A DNA stretch of 64,000 bases from Felis catus (Eukaryota): positions 169,572,001 through 169,636,000 of the forward strand of contig NC_058368.1 in the NCBI RefSeq assembly GCF_018350175.1, written 5' to 3'. Under the pieces are notes generated by a model, which saw nothing but the letters and a program-made list of their open reading frames with translations, was not told where the DNA came from and did not search any database. This document shows, piece by piece, positions 1-11,584 of this stretch (position 1 is the stretch's first letter; every line of letters starts with the position of its first letter). The translations under genes were made by a program, and so were the position numbers.

Positions 1-209
1 GCCTGGGTGGCTCAGTCGGTTGAGCGTCCGACTTCAGCTCAGGTCACGATCTCACGGTCCGTGAGTTCGAGCCCCCGTCAGGCTCTGGGCTGATGGCTCA
101 GAGCCTGGAGCCTGCTTCCAATTCTGTGTCTCCCTCTTTCTCTGCCCCTCCCCCGTTCATGCTCTTTCTCTCTCTGTCTCAAAAATAAATAAATGTTAAA
201 AAAAAAAAA
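1..209 (+). mobile_element. Can-SINE (feline SINEC type), cut by the window start
   Basis: gcctgggtggctcagtcggttgagcgtccgact tRNA-derived head, CT-rich segment, aataaa and poly(A) tail. Confidence 0.95.
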
Positions 210-929
210 GAATCAGACTGAACTTTAGCCTGCTTTATTCTTAACTTTCTCTGTAATCTTGGATCTGTCATTTCCTGTCTTTGCAAAGAGGTTAATTATA
301 TAGCTTGTTGACTTTAAAATCATTTTTTTATGGAATTGAAAAGTAATAGAAGTGAAAATGATCTGATAAACCTCTAAAGCCCCACACTGGTAGGAATCAT
401 TTATAAATGATATATTCTCCTAGTGGGATTTCTGTGCATTACTCATTTATCAACTATTTATTGAATGTTATTCTGTGTCAGGTACTACACTAGGCTCATG
501 AAGCTACAATGATTGTTCATATAACCTAGTGTTTGCTTAATTGGTTTTAAACTGTATTTAAAGGAGACTTGTAAATACTTCTCATTTGTGTCTCCCTTAC
601 GCAGTCATAAATATACATAATGCTTTTTAAATGTTTTCCTTGAATATTGTTTTGGTTACCTCACATAGTGAAGTTATAAGATGAGCTCCTTAGTGTATAG
701 TACAAGATTTTTTTCTGTTCCAATGTTCCAGTTTATAAATTTTCTTTCACAAATATACTGAAATATAAATAGCTTTTTGTTCATCCTGAGCTTTCTGAAG
801 AGAGAGGCTCCATGGGGATCTTGGGCATCGGTGAGGAGAGAAAGTTCTTCACATATGAATTTGGAACTAAGGGAATCTCCACGTGAAACCTCAGTTGTCA
901 AAAAGGTGCTTATAAGCTTGTCCTGTGAG

Positions 930-1085
930 TAAAATGGTTAAGAAGATAGCTAGGGAGGTAAGGCCAGGTTTTGAGCCTTGTTGCACTTTTCACTGGGTCA
1001 GTGTTGGCAAAATACCTAGCCTCGATGACCCTCAGTTTCCTACCTGTTCAGTGGGAAGGATGAAAGGCTGTGTCTTATAGGTTGC
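930..1085 (+). mobile_element. MIR fragment
   Basis: Degenerate MIR core ccctcagtttcctacctgttcagtggg. Confidence 0.55.
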
Positions 1086-1686
1086 CCGTACAGTCCTGAG
1101 GACTGGGCCCCGCATACAAGAAGCAAACTAAGAGATAGCTCCAAGGTGACTCTGACTAAGGACATGCTCCTTCCACTCTACCCTTCATCCAATCCTAGAA
1201 GGAAGCCCGAATGGTCCTAATCTATTGTTCAAGTGGGCACTGATTAGATTTGCCTTAAAGAGAGGACTTGGATTGCCCCAGGTGTCTTTCTTATCATGAC
1301 ATGAATCATTTCTACAAAAGGGGTGAAGGAATTCTAAATATACTCCTCCTCAATAGTCTTCAAGGACAGAACCATGTGTACAGTGGAATTCTAGTTCTCC
1401 CATAAAATGATTCCCAGTTTGACATGAGCATGCAGATGTCTTCATTTTTCTCCATTCCTTTTTCTCTCAAAGTAGATCATAATCTGTCATCTAATTGGGT
1501 TGGCAGGTACCATATGAATGCTTTGTTATCATGAGGTGAGGGTTGTTCCTTTTATATGGAGAATTGGGATACTTGCTGTAACCCCAAGTAAGTTAAGGGG
1601 GCTTAGTATCCTAGTGAGAACTAGGAGTCTGGATGGGACTTGGTGATAGGTGATGGGAAGCGAATGTAAACGTGGGGACAAGTGGC

Positions 1687-1702
1687 GGGGGGGGGGGGGG
1701 GG
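1687..1702 (+). repeat. Poly-G run (G16)
   Basis: Read directly. Confidence 0.95.
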
Positions 1703-1964
1703 AATGTTCTGAGCTTCCTGTACAGTTACTTCCAAGATGAAATAGAAATTAACTATCCTAATTTTTAAGATATAAATATTACTGTTTTCTTTTGTTAGCG
1801 TGGATCAAGTATTACTAATTTTTAATAACCGAGTTTGACATTTAGGATATTGAAACCTGTTGGTTTTATTCACAACTGATGGGTTTAAATGAACTCATAT
1901 TTAGGGATGTTGGCAGTATAACAAATGTTTGACCCACCAAATATGATAATGAAAATTAACATTT

Positions 1965-2182
1965 AGGAGCTCCTGGGTGACTCAGTCGGTTAAGAGTCCA
2001 AGTCTTGATTACGGCTCAGGTCATGATCTTATGGTTCTGTGAGTTCGAGCCCCGTTGTCGGGCTTTGTGCAGACAGCCTGCTTGGGATTCTATCTCCCCC
2101 TCTCTTTGCCCCTCCCCAAAGCGTGCTCACACTCTCTTTCTCAAAATAAATAAATAAACTTTTTTTAAAAAGTTAAAAAAAA
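1965..2182 (+). mobile_element. Can-SINE
   Basis: cctgggtgactcagtcggttaag head, gagttcgagccc B box, A-rich tail. Confidence 0.93.
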
Positions 2183-4215
2183 GAAAATGAATACTTAGTT
2201 AATTTTTGATTGTGTACTTATTTCCAAAGGAAATATAATTCATTTATGATTATACTTTCTCTGTACTGTACTTAAAATGTATGTAGATAGGAGTTTGTGT
2301 GTGTATATTAGGTAAATTTGTGCTGTGATATACTTGAAAAACGTGTGGATTTCTAATTATGTTAAAAAATTATTTTCTTTGTTCAGCATTATACTCATAT
2401 ACTCTACACATGTAGTTTTTGAATAGATCCCTGGCATGATAATCATATAATCATTCAGTACAGTAGAAACATCATTATGGTCAAATACTAATTAGCTACT
2501 AAAACAAAACAAAACAGAACTTAGTTCCCAGCTTATTGTAAAAAGCAGTTTAATAGTGTACAAAACCACGTGTATGGTTAAAACTATTATTTGCTTTAAA
2601 TGTGAATCATTTTCCCCCCTATTGGCAATGGGAAGGAATCAGTGTTCTGGATGCTTATTACCTAATTTATTGCTTGGGCACATGTTACAATTTATTATTC
2701 AAAGCCTTTATGACCAGCTCTATGTAATGGAGCATCCAAAGGACTTGCCAGAAGGAATTCCAGGTTCAGTACCTGGATGTGCTTCAGGGCTTCTACAAAA
2801 TTAGGAAGCTGGTCTGAGTCTTTAGACCGTGTCTTAGAGTTCTTCACATACTACCTCTGAGCCTCTGGTAACATGGTGTTCAGCAGTAAATCACTCATTT
2901 CCAGGATGATGGTTTGAACATCTTTGGTGCTGAGGTTGGGTGATCCTCAACTGTTTTACTTCCCCAATGCACCTTAGGAATATGATATTGTCTTTCTGTA
3001 ACAATGAATCCTGGCAGCTGTGATTCTCCACATGGGTTTGTGATGGAAGAAGTCAGGTGACATGTAAGCAACAGCTAGTAGAGGGCAGTGGGAGGGTACA
3101 AATAGGTTGACAGATCACTCAGGTAAGTCTGTTCAGCATACCTCTCAAAGGGGCGTTACCCTTGCTATCCTTTAGAGTTGCTTCTGTGGATAAAGTAGGG
3201 TTCTACCTAGTGCCTCTAAGTTTCAGTGTCCTTTGTAAATATGTTTTTGACTACATGGCTTTAGTCTGTCTTCTCTCATATACATATGGTATCACTGAAC
3301 ATAAGTGATGTAAGTTAGCTTGTGTGATCCTGATACATACTATAAGTGCCATTCTTATTGCTGTTATTGTCACTTGGGCATCTCATAATATTATTTCTAT
3401 CGTAAGTGCTTCCCCTGATAAACCATTTATGAGTCAAACATATTATAGATTTTATGCTACATCCTCTTTCTTTTTTTGTGTGTTTTCCTATTGTCCTTCA
3501 CTTTAGTTTTGACCGCTGTGGGCATTAATTTTGTTTCTCAAGTGATTGGCAATGCAGTTGAAATACACAGGGCACATGTAGGATAAAATAACACTACAAG
3601 GCTTTCTGATGCACTAGGTACACAAAACTAGTTTGTTTCTACCATCTCTGATGTAGCTACTATGAGTCAGTGGGTGTGGGATTGCTATCTGACTATTCAG
3701 TTCTGTGTTCCTGCATTTACAGAATTGCATAGGAAACCAAAATATTTCAGATCATGAAAATATTCACTAATAAATCAGAGAGTTGCATTATTAAAGCATC
3801 CTCTCTTGAAATACCTTTTGATTTATTTGAATCTAATATGATTCAAATTGATTATAAAGTAAAATCATAAATCTTTCAAAGGCTGTGTATTTCATGTCTG
3901 TGATATATGATGGTATAGAATGTTTCTGCTCACAGGCAAAGCCATGAAACAGTGGGGATCTGCCAGAGTTACACAGCTGAGAAAATCAAGGATGCTAGAT
4001 ACTCCAACAAAGAATTCTTTCGATATCAAAGAAATGAGAGAGGACTTTAGGAAAAATGATGAAGTCCTTGAATATTTTTTACAAATGTAGTTTTGTTTAA
4101 AACCACCCTATAAAAATTAAATGTAACATGAAGGATGTCATAATGTGCTAATATAAAATGTTGTTGGAAGAAGTCTGCCAGAAACTCCAGTTCATTCATT
4201 ATTTTTGTTCCTTCT

Positions 4216-4432
4216 TTTTTTTTTTTTTTCAACGTTTATTTATTTTTGGGACAGAGGGAGACAGAGCATGAACGGGGGAGGAGCAGAGAGAGAGGGAGAC
4301 ACAGAATCGGAAACAGGCTCCAGGCTCTGAGCCATCAGCCCAGAGCCTGACGCGGGGCTCAAACTCACAGACCACAAGATCGTGACCTGGCTGAAGTCGG
4401 ACGCTTAACCGACTGCGCCACCCAGGCGCCCC
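4216..4432 (-). mobile_element. Young Can-SINE with perfect 16-bp TSD
   Basis: TSD tatttttgttccttct at 4200-4215 and 4433-4448; head GGGGCGCCTGGGTGGCGCAGTCGG on the minus strand. Confidence 0.97.
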
Positions 4433-5155
4433 TATTTTTGTTCCTTCTAAGAAATGCATATAGTTGCAAATATTACCTAACCTTACCTTAATAGTTTACA
4501 TTGTCCTTTTTCTAGCCAGTCACAATCAAACCTTTTTCTAGCACTGTTTATTATAAAATTTTAGCCCCTATTTTAAGTGGACTCACTTCAGATTATCTTT
4601 TTACCAGAACTAATGTCTTGGATAATAAGGGTCCCCAATATATATGATATATGTGTGAATTAATGTGATTTTGCATGGATAGCCATAAATTTTTGCTGTG
4701 TTTTAGTGGTCTAATAGGAATGTCAGAATTTTAATTTAAATTAATTGTGACTAAAATACCAATAGGCAATGTATGGGGTTTTTTATTCAGTGAGATTAGT
4801 AGGCAGGGATCAGGATATTAGTTGTATCAAGCTGATTATTTTAGAAAGACTAATAAAGCCATGTTGTATATAGGTCATTTTCTGGGCCATGGAAATAACT
4901 TTATTATAGTTCTTTTAATGTCTTCCATTTGTATAGCATTTTATTCTTAGAAAGTGAATCATTATTTCATTACCCTTTGTACTGTGTTCTTTGTGATGAA
5001 ACTACGTGTCCTCCAGAAATTTTACCAGAATGTTCCTTATAAGTCTTCTCTGTGTGTTTGACTCTATGACTGTCTATGAGTTGAGTCCTTACACATAGTG
5101 TGAAAGAAGTAAAAATATTTTTAAGACCTAAGAAGTGAAACGGCTGTTTTTGCAG

Positions 5156-5321
5156 GTATCTTGTCATCTGTAATCCTTCAGAACAAGACCGAAACTCGGT
5201 GGTCTCCGTCTATGTGAGTTCCCCCACAGCACAAGTGTCTTCTGCTTCGGGAAAGCCAGTGGAAATTCAAATGAGCGCAGTTTGGGATACAGCAAGTATT
5301 ATTTCACAGACAGCCTATGAG
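5156..5321 (+). CDS. MAN2A1: MAN2A1 coding exon (~exon 13), 166 nt
   Basis: ttttgcag|G...GAG|gtacgt; after 1 nt it translates YLVICNPSEQDRNSVVSVYVSSPTAQVSSASGKPVEIQMSAVWDTASIISQTAYE, matching recalled Golgi mannosidase II. Confidence 0.95.
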
Positions 5322-5452
5322 GTACGTTTGCCGTGGAGCTTGTATACGTGCCCCCTTGAGCTGTCAAACTGATGTGTGTGAAGTGGTTAAAGTTGTAAAT
5401 ACCGGAGGATTTAACTGGCCAGTTAAGTGACGCTAAAGGAAAATAGATCCTG

Positions 5453-5863
5453 GAGCGGCTGGGTGGCTCAATCAGTTAAGCATCTGACTCTTGATGTTGG
5501 CTCAGGTGATGATCTCACAGTTAACGAGATCGAGCTCATGTTGGCTCTGTGCTGACAGTGCGGAGCCTGCTCGGGATTCTCTCTCTCCTCTCCTCTCCTC
5601 TCCTCTCCTCTCCTCTCCTCTCCTCTCCTCTCCTCTCTCCTCTCCTCTCCTCTCCCCTCCCCCTCCCCTCCCCTCCCCTCCCCTCCCCTCCCCTCCCCTC
5701 CCCTCCCCTCCCCTCCCCTCCCCTCCCCTCCCCTCTCCTCTCCCCTCCCCTCCCCTCCCCTCCCCTCCCCTCCCCTCCCCTCCCCTCCCCTCCCCTCCCC
5801 TCCCCTCCCCTCCCCTCTTCATGCTCTCCCTCTCAAAATAAACTTTAAAAATAAATGAATAAT
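5453..5863 (+). mobile_element. Can-SINE with expanded internal pyrimidine repeat
   Basis: TSD ggaaaatagatcctg at 5438-5452 and 5864-5878. Confidence 0.95.
5577..5820 (+). repeat. Compound (CTCCT)n/(CCCCT)n pentanucleotide repeat, 244 nt of pyrimidines only
   Basis: Read directly. Confidence 0.97.
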
Positions 5864-6044
5864 GGAAAATAGATCCTGTGTTTCCTGAAATACTGATATC
5901 TTTGTTACTGTGTATACTGTATGTTATTATTAGTATATGTTATTAGCATATATTGCATATCTCTATAAATATCATAATGTTTTCCTGAAGTAATGAAGTA
6001 ATCATTACTCATAAAATTGTGAATTTTTTCATTTAACTCAATTT

Positions 6045-6249
6045 TTTTCTTATATTTATTTATTTTTGAGAGACAGAGACAGCACAAGTGGGGAAGGGGC
6101 AGAGAGAGAATGAGACACAGAATCTGAAGCAGGCTTTAGGCTCTGAGTTTTCAGCACAGAGCCTGATGTGAGGCTCAAACTCATGAACCATGAGATCATG
6201 ACCTAAGCCAAAGTTGGACGCTTAACTGACAGAGCCACCCAGGCACCCC
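6045..6249 (-). mobile_element. Can-SINE
   Basis: Ends gagccacccaggcacccc; decayed TSD tttaactcaattt/tttagctcaattt. Confidence 0.94.
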
Positions 6250-7169
6250 TGTTTAGCTCAATTTAATGATAGTTATGCATATGGAAATTGAGATAAATAG
6301 CTATTTGTCTCAGAAAAGCATACTACCAGCTTTTCATTGCAAAGATGACACAACACACCATGAAAGAGAAAGACTTCCTAAAATAGAAGAAGGTGCTTTT
6401 TTTCTGAAATATAACAATGGAAAATTGGGGCTCAAGTAACAGATGTTTTTGGTAAAAAATTTTTAAAGTAATATTAACCTGAACTTTTCACTAGAAAGTA
6501 TCAATATTTGGTGTCTGGAGTGTAGTTTAAACCATGTGCTTCTGGAGACACAACCATAAGCTAGGAACTCTAAATGAGAATTACTTTGCTTGTTAAGAGC
6601 CATTGCTGGCTGCTTTCATAAATTCATAATCCTTAAGGTAAAAATGAAAAGTATAAAAGAAGCTTTGGTCAGATGTTACAGGAAGCACCCTATCTAGAAA
6701 ACGAAACGAGCTCCTAGAAGGCAGGAGTCATGTCTTGTAGTGTGCACATCCTTTATGCTTGTGCATTGTCTGCTAGACTCCAGGCATTCGATGACTGCTG
6801 TTAACATGCTTAATATTTATAGTATTGTGTTTACCGTGTTTATTTTTAATGTACTTGAATATCATAGAATTATAAAAAGATTCCTGATAATTAGGGAAAA
6901 TCATTGTTCACAGTAAGCCCTTACCTTCATGGAGAATTTTGTCCTCTGGGCATCTATTAAGAGCACTGTAGGACAATTGAGGATGCTCATATAATTTCAT
7001 ATATTGAATGAAAGCATAGTGCCCTTGATAGTTCTACCACTGTGAAGTTTGTAGAATACTGTTAGATGATTTTGAAAATATTGTAGTTTTTTGTTTTTAT
7101 TAGACCTATAAATGCTTTTCTTTCAGTAGATTACATTTCTTAAAAAAATCTCTCATCTGCCTTTTAAAG

Positions 7170-7388
7170 ATCTCTTTTCTAGTACAGATACCACCATTGG
7201 GAATGAAAGTGTATACAATTGTGGAATCAGCAAATTCAGATCCACATTTAGCTGAGTATGTCCTGTATAATGGTAACATCAAAGATAAAGGAATTTTCAA
7301 CATGAAGAATGTAAAAAGTGCTGAGGAAGCTATAACTCTAGAGAACTCCTTTCTTAAACTTCAATTTGGTCCATCTGGGCTTATGGAG
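7170..7388 (+). CDS. MAN2A1: MAN2A1 coding exon (~exon 14), 219 nt
   Basis: cttttaaag|ATC...GAG|gtatgt; ISFLVQIPPLGMKVYTIVES...LENSFLKLQFGPSGLME; phase 0/0. Confidence 0.93.
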
Positions 7389-8139
7389 GTATGTTCTGAA
7401 TAGTTTTCAAATTCATGGAAGGCTTATCAGTTTTATTATAATATGTGCAGACTGGGTATGCAAAGGGAGAAAAGTTGACCCAAACACTCTTGGGGAAAAG
7501 GATGCATGAGCAATATATATCTCATTTTTGTGTTCCACTATGGCCACTTGTTCCTAAAGGGTGTGGTCTGTGGGTGGTGCTGATTTGTGAATTGTTTGTT
7601 ACTGGTCCACAAGATAAGTATAGAAGCTATAACTGTTTAGAAATGTTTGTGGAAACTTCGAAAGCATCGTGGCACAGTAAATTTATGCCTGTTGAATCTA
7701 ATAATAAAAAAATGCAAGTGTATGTTTGGTATGTCACTTTAAATGTAATTTTTGTAGTAATTCACTTTTATCGTACCCCACAAAAATATTGGTCCGTGCA
7801 TATTAGAGATAAAAAATAAACCTGTTCCTTTGTGCAAAAAGTTTGAGAAACACTGGTCCAGATCTCTTTGTGTATCTCTTTCTTCCTTGAGGAAGGGAGT
7901 TCTGACTTTTTGTTTCTATTGTGAAAGTTTTAAATTCTAAGTATAAAATATAAAAGTATACTTTGAAGTATAAAATTTTGGTTGTTCCTCCAAGAATTAT
8001 AACATTAGAGTCTATTAGCATTTTTCAGTCTATCCTGAGGTTTTTTTGTTTTGTTTTTAATCAACCTACACATGGAACCAAATACAACATCATTAATATC
8101 TTCATAGTGAGTTGCCTTTAAACATTTTTTTATCCTTAG

Positions 8140-8262
8140 GAAATGATAAATAAAGAAGATGGTAAGCGGCATGAAGTGAAAGTACAATTTTCATGGTATG
8201 GAACGACGAGTAAAAAGGATAAAAGTGGTGCCTACCTCTTCTTACCTGATGGGGAAGCCAAG
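8140..8262 (+). CDS. MAN2A1: MAN2A1 coding exon (~exon 15), 123 nt
   Basis: tccttag|GAA...AAG|gtaagt; EMINKEDGKRHEVKVQFSWYGTTSKKDKSGAYLFLPDGEAK, with the GH38 SGAYLFLP motif. Confidence 0.97.
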
Positions 8263-8949
8263 GTAAGTGCCAATGAGCTGAGCAGTGAACAAGCACTGAT
8301 TGAAAGAATAATGAAGAAAAAAATAAGTGCATCTCATTATCTTGTCATCTATTAGGCAGAGATGAGTTGGTTCCACTATGATATTTTCTTACTGACATTT
8401 GGTAATTTGTCGTCGAATGTTAGGTAAACAAATAATTTTTGCAGGGTTGGAATCCATGAAGATGCTACAATGAACAGTTGTTCTGCATGCATAGAAGTTA
8501 CATTTGATTTAGGGTTCAAGTGCTCTTATACTGGTATATACATAAGTGGCATGGTATATATCCAGAGACCAATTATCTAGCCATACAGGAAAAGTAAATT
8601 GCCCCCTGGCCATTTATCTCCTTAACTGCTAGCACTTTAAAAAACAAGAACAAAAAAATTCCCCTATCCTTGACTGTAAAGGTAATATATGCAAATTTTG
8701 ACACATTTTTGAAAACACAGAAAACTGAAGAGAACAATAAAATTTACCAACTATTTCCAAGGCCGTGCAAACCAGGGCCAACATTTTGATGTGTTTTTTA
8801 TTGTCTTATGCACATCCGTTTCTCCCCCATTTTCAAGTGTGGTCTTACTACATGTACATATTTTATTTTTCATTGTCATAGTGCTCACAATCTGACGGTA
8901 TGTTCTTTGAAAACAATTTTAATATGTACTGTTGTGATTAAAAACTTAG

Positions 8950-9053
8950 GGATATAAGATGATTAAAGTCTGAGGGTATAATGTCTAACATGGTCAGTGT
9001 AGTACATAATACTGTATTGTGTAATATGCTGAGAGTAGAACTTAAATGTTCTT
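8950..9053 (+). mobile_element. Old L1 (L1MA-like) 3' region fragment
   Basis: ataatactgtattgtg...gctgagagtagaacttaaatgttctt resembles the L1M 3' UTR. Confidence 0.6.
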
Positions 9054-9119
9054 ACACACACACACACACAGACACACACACGTCTGTGTGTGTGTGTGTA
9101 TGTGTGTGTGTGTGTGTAA
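9052..9119. repeat. (CA)n followed by (TG)n, an inverted microsatellite
   Basis: Read directly. Confidence 0.95.
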
Positions 9120-9576
9120 ATATATGACAAAAAGGAATTTCCTATTGTTGCATATGTAGATTTTCTCTCAGTACTTCACTACTGTGCCATTGTGATAAGC
9201 CTTTTTTGTAACATTCTTTTTATGCAGTGTTGATTATTTCCTGAGAATAACTTTCTAGAAGAGTCATTTTGTGTCAGTGGATGAGGCCTTTAAAACTTGA
9301 TATGTACCACTTCTCTATCCCCTACAAAGACTGCATAAATATTCACTCCCACCTGTGTTTTTGAGAGTAACTCTAATATACCATGCCACGCACTGAGAAT
9401 CAGCCATTTAAAAGCTTTCTGTACAGTAATAGGTAAAAAATATTTCACTGATGAGATTTTATGGTTATTAGGAAGGCTAAACGTTATATATTTGTCTCTC
9501 ATATCTCTTTTGTGACTCCCTATGTAAGTTTTTGACCATTGTTCTACTGGTATGACTTAAGGATCTGTAAGCATTC

Positions 9577-9772
9577 TTTTTTTAAGTTTATTTATTTATT
9601 TTGAGAGAGAGTGGGAGAGGGACAGAGAGAGAGGGAGAGACAGACAATCCCAAACAGGCTCCATGCCGTCAGTGCAGAGCCTGATGTGGGGCTCGAATTC
9701 ACGAACCGTGAGATCATGACCTGAGCCGAGACCAAGAGTCAGGTGCTTAACCAACTGAGCCACTCAGGCGCC
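9577..9772 (-). mobile_element. Can-SINE
   Basis: tttatttattttgagagag...aactgagccactcaggcgcc. Confidence 0.94.
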
Positions 9773-11469
9773 TACGTAAGCGCCTTTATATATGGTAAAA
9801 GTTAATCCTTTTTCCTATTTATTGCAAAATTTTCCATCAGTGTGTCATTGAACTTAATTATTTTGTGTTGTTATAGTTTTTTTTTTTAATTTTGGGGTAG
9901 TCCTGTATTTTTTTTTCTTTACAGCATCTTTTTTTTTGTCTGTTTTTTGCTTTTCTACTTCTACAGGTTTTCTCCACTTCATGATAAGTTAAAGATTCTC
10001 CATATTTTGTTGTCTAGAGACCTATCTCCTGCAAAAATTGTTGTACAATTTATTTATTTTAATTTGTTTTTGTTTGTTTTCCTACAGTTTAGAAGAGCCT
10101 GCTAACCGACATCAAATAATAGCTTTTATAGGGTAGCACTGGCAACCTGAAGGATTCTAGTTGTTTGTTGTTGTTTGTTTTGATTTTTTTTAAATCAGTG
10201 AGGAATTAAAGGTAAACCATAGCTCATAGTAGCTGTTCCAGGATGGGCAGTGGAGCCTAAGTAGAAGCTGTGTCAGTGTGTTTTCTCTTGACAGCTTTTG
10301 TCATTGGACAGGAATTTTGTTTTTATTGACTGTTCTCATGCTTAAAAAAAGGAAAGTAACTGTACTTACAGAATATTATATATGGCCAATAGGGACTAAT
10401 TTATTTAAAATTATTCTCTCTTTAAATAGCTCTAACATTAAAGAAAAAGACCAAGGGAATTATTGTATGTTTACAAAGAGAAAATAAAAGAACACCAGCA
10501 AGGAGGCAGCAGGGTGCATCAGAAAAAGGCAGGAGCCCAGAAATCCCCGTGCCAGGTTTCCTCTGCTTCCATTACTTTCTAGGTATATGGGAAAATTAGG
10601 TCCAAGAACTTTGTGAATGCTAAAGCGTTGTATTAATTTCAAAATATTTTTCTGTAGCCAGAGAGGTACATTTGGAAGAAAATTGCACTGTCCTGAAAAT
10701 CTGATGCTGCTTAGGTAGCTCATATTGTAAGCCTCCCTCTTCATGACCTTGTTGAGCTTGTATAGCCTGTAGTGCTCAAGAAATTAGAATTCTTTATAAA
10801 TGCTTTCCATTTGTTCCTATGTCCCCGAAGTTACTTGTTTTATTCCCAGTTTTTTCTTGACACTAGATTCTAAATAATGAAAACTAAACCAGTAGTTGCC
10901 ATAGTTTTTTCAAGTTTGTAAATTTGCGTTATATTCTGCTAGCTTTTCCTACTGAAAGGGCAGTATGTTTTATAGAGTAGTAAACCTAACTGTGATTACA
11001 TGGTGTTTGTGAATTCTGCTTTCTGTTTGCTTAGATGACTCCCTGTGGCCATCCTTACCACCTGTCCTGACCCCTGAACGTTAGGGGCCATGGTTCTAAT
11101 AAATGTTTGCCTGGGAAAATGTCAGTGCTGTAGAATGAGTGGTATTTCTAATAAATCACCAATGGACAATATAGAAGGATTTTAATTAGAAATTTTTATA
11201 GCTGGGAGGGAATGTTTGTAGATCATCTAGGCCAGTCAGGTTGTAAACATTTTTATTATTTTCTGTTTTTAGTACTTTTTATGTAAGGAAAAACCTTATA
11301 GTAAAGTTTTATAGTTTGTGCATATTCTGATATCTTGTAAGGTTTGGTTTTCACTTGAAATTGCAGATTATCAGGTGTTAAGTATTTGCCATTTTGGAAA
11401 TTATAATAAACATTTCTTCGAAAAGTTAAAAGCCAAAATTTTTTCTTAAAAATGTCATTTCCTCCTCAG

Positions 11470-11584
11470 CCTTATGTTTACACAACACTACCCTTTGTCA
11501 GAGTGCAACATGGAAGGTTTTATTCGGACGTGACTTGCTTTTTTGAACGTGTTACCCATAGAGTCCGACTGTACAACATACAGG
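11470..11584 (+). CDS. MAN2A1: MAN2A1 coding exon (~exon 16), 115 nt
   Basis: cctcctcag|CCT...CAGG|gtaaga; PYVYTTLPFVRVQHGRFYSDVTCFFERVTHRVRLYNIQ plus 1 nt. Confidence 0.96.

Noticed and set aside
1..80. tRNA-like A/B-box sequences
   Set aside because: They are the tRNA-derived heads of SINEs; no standalone tRNA, rRNA or snRNA gene was recognised
4229..4459. ORF 'GAPGWRSRLSVRLQPGHDL...' and similar ORFs (12936, 17781, 26208, 37776, 39459, 46073, 49269, 57963)
   Set aside because: They are Can-SINE translations, not genes
5491..5848. Pro/Ser-rich and Gly/Glu/Arg-rich ORFs on both strands
   Set aside because: They are translations of the pentanucleotide repeat inside a SINE; they lack stops only because of low complexity
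7197..8355. ORF-track entries overlapping real exons (also 11452, 29703, 32202)
   Set aside because: Only the splice-bounded portions match MAN2A1; their starts and tails are not real protein termini
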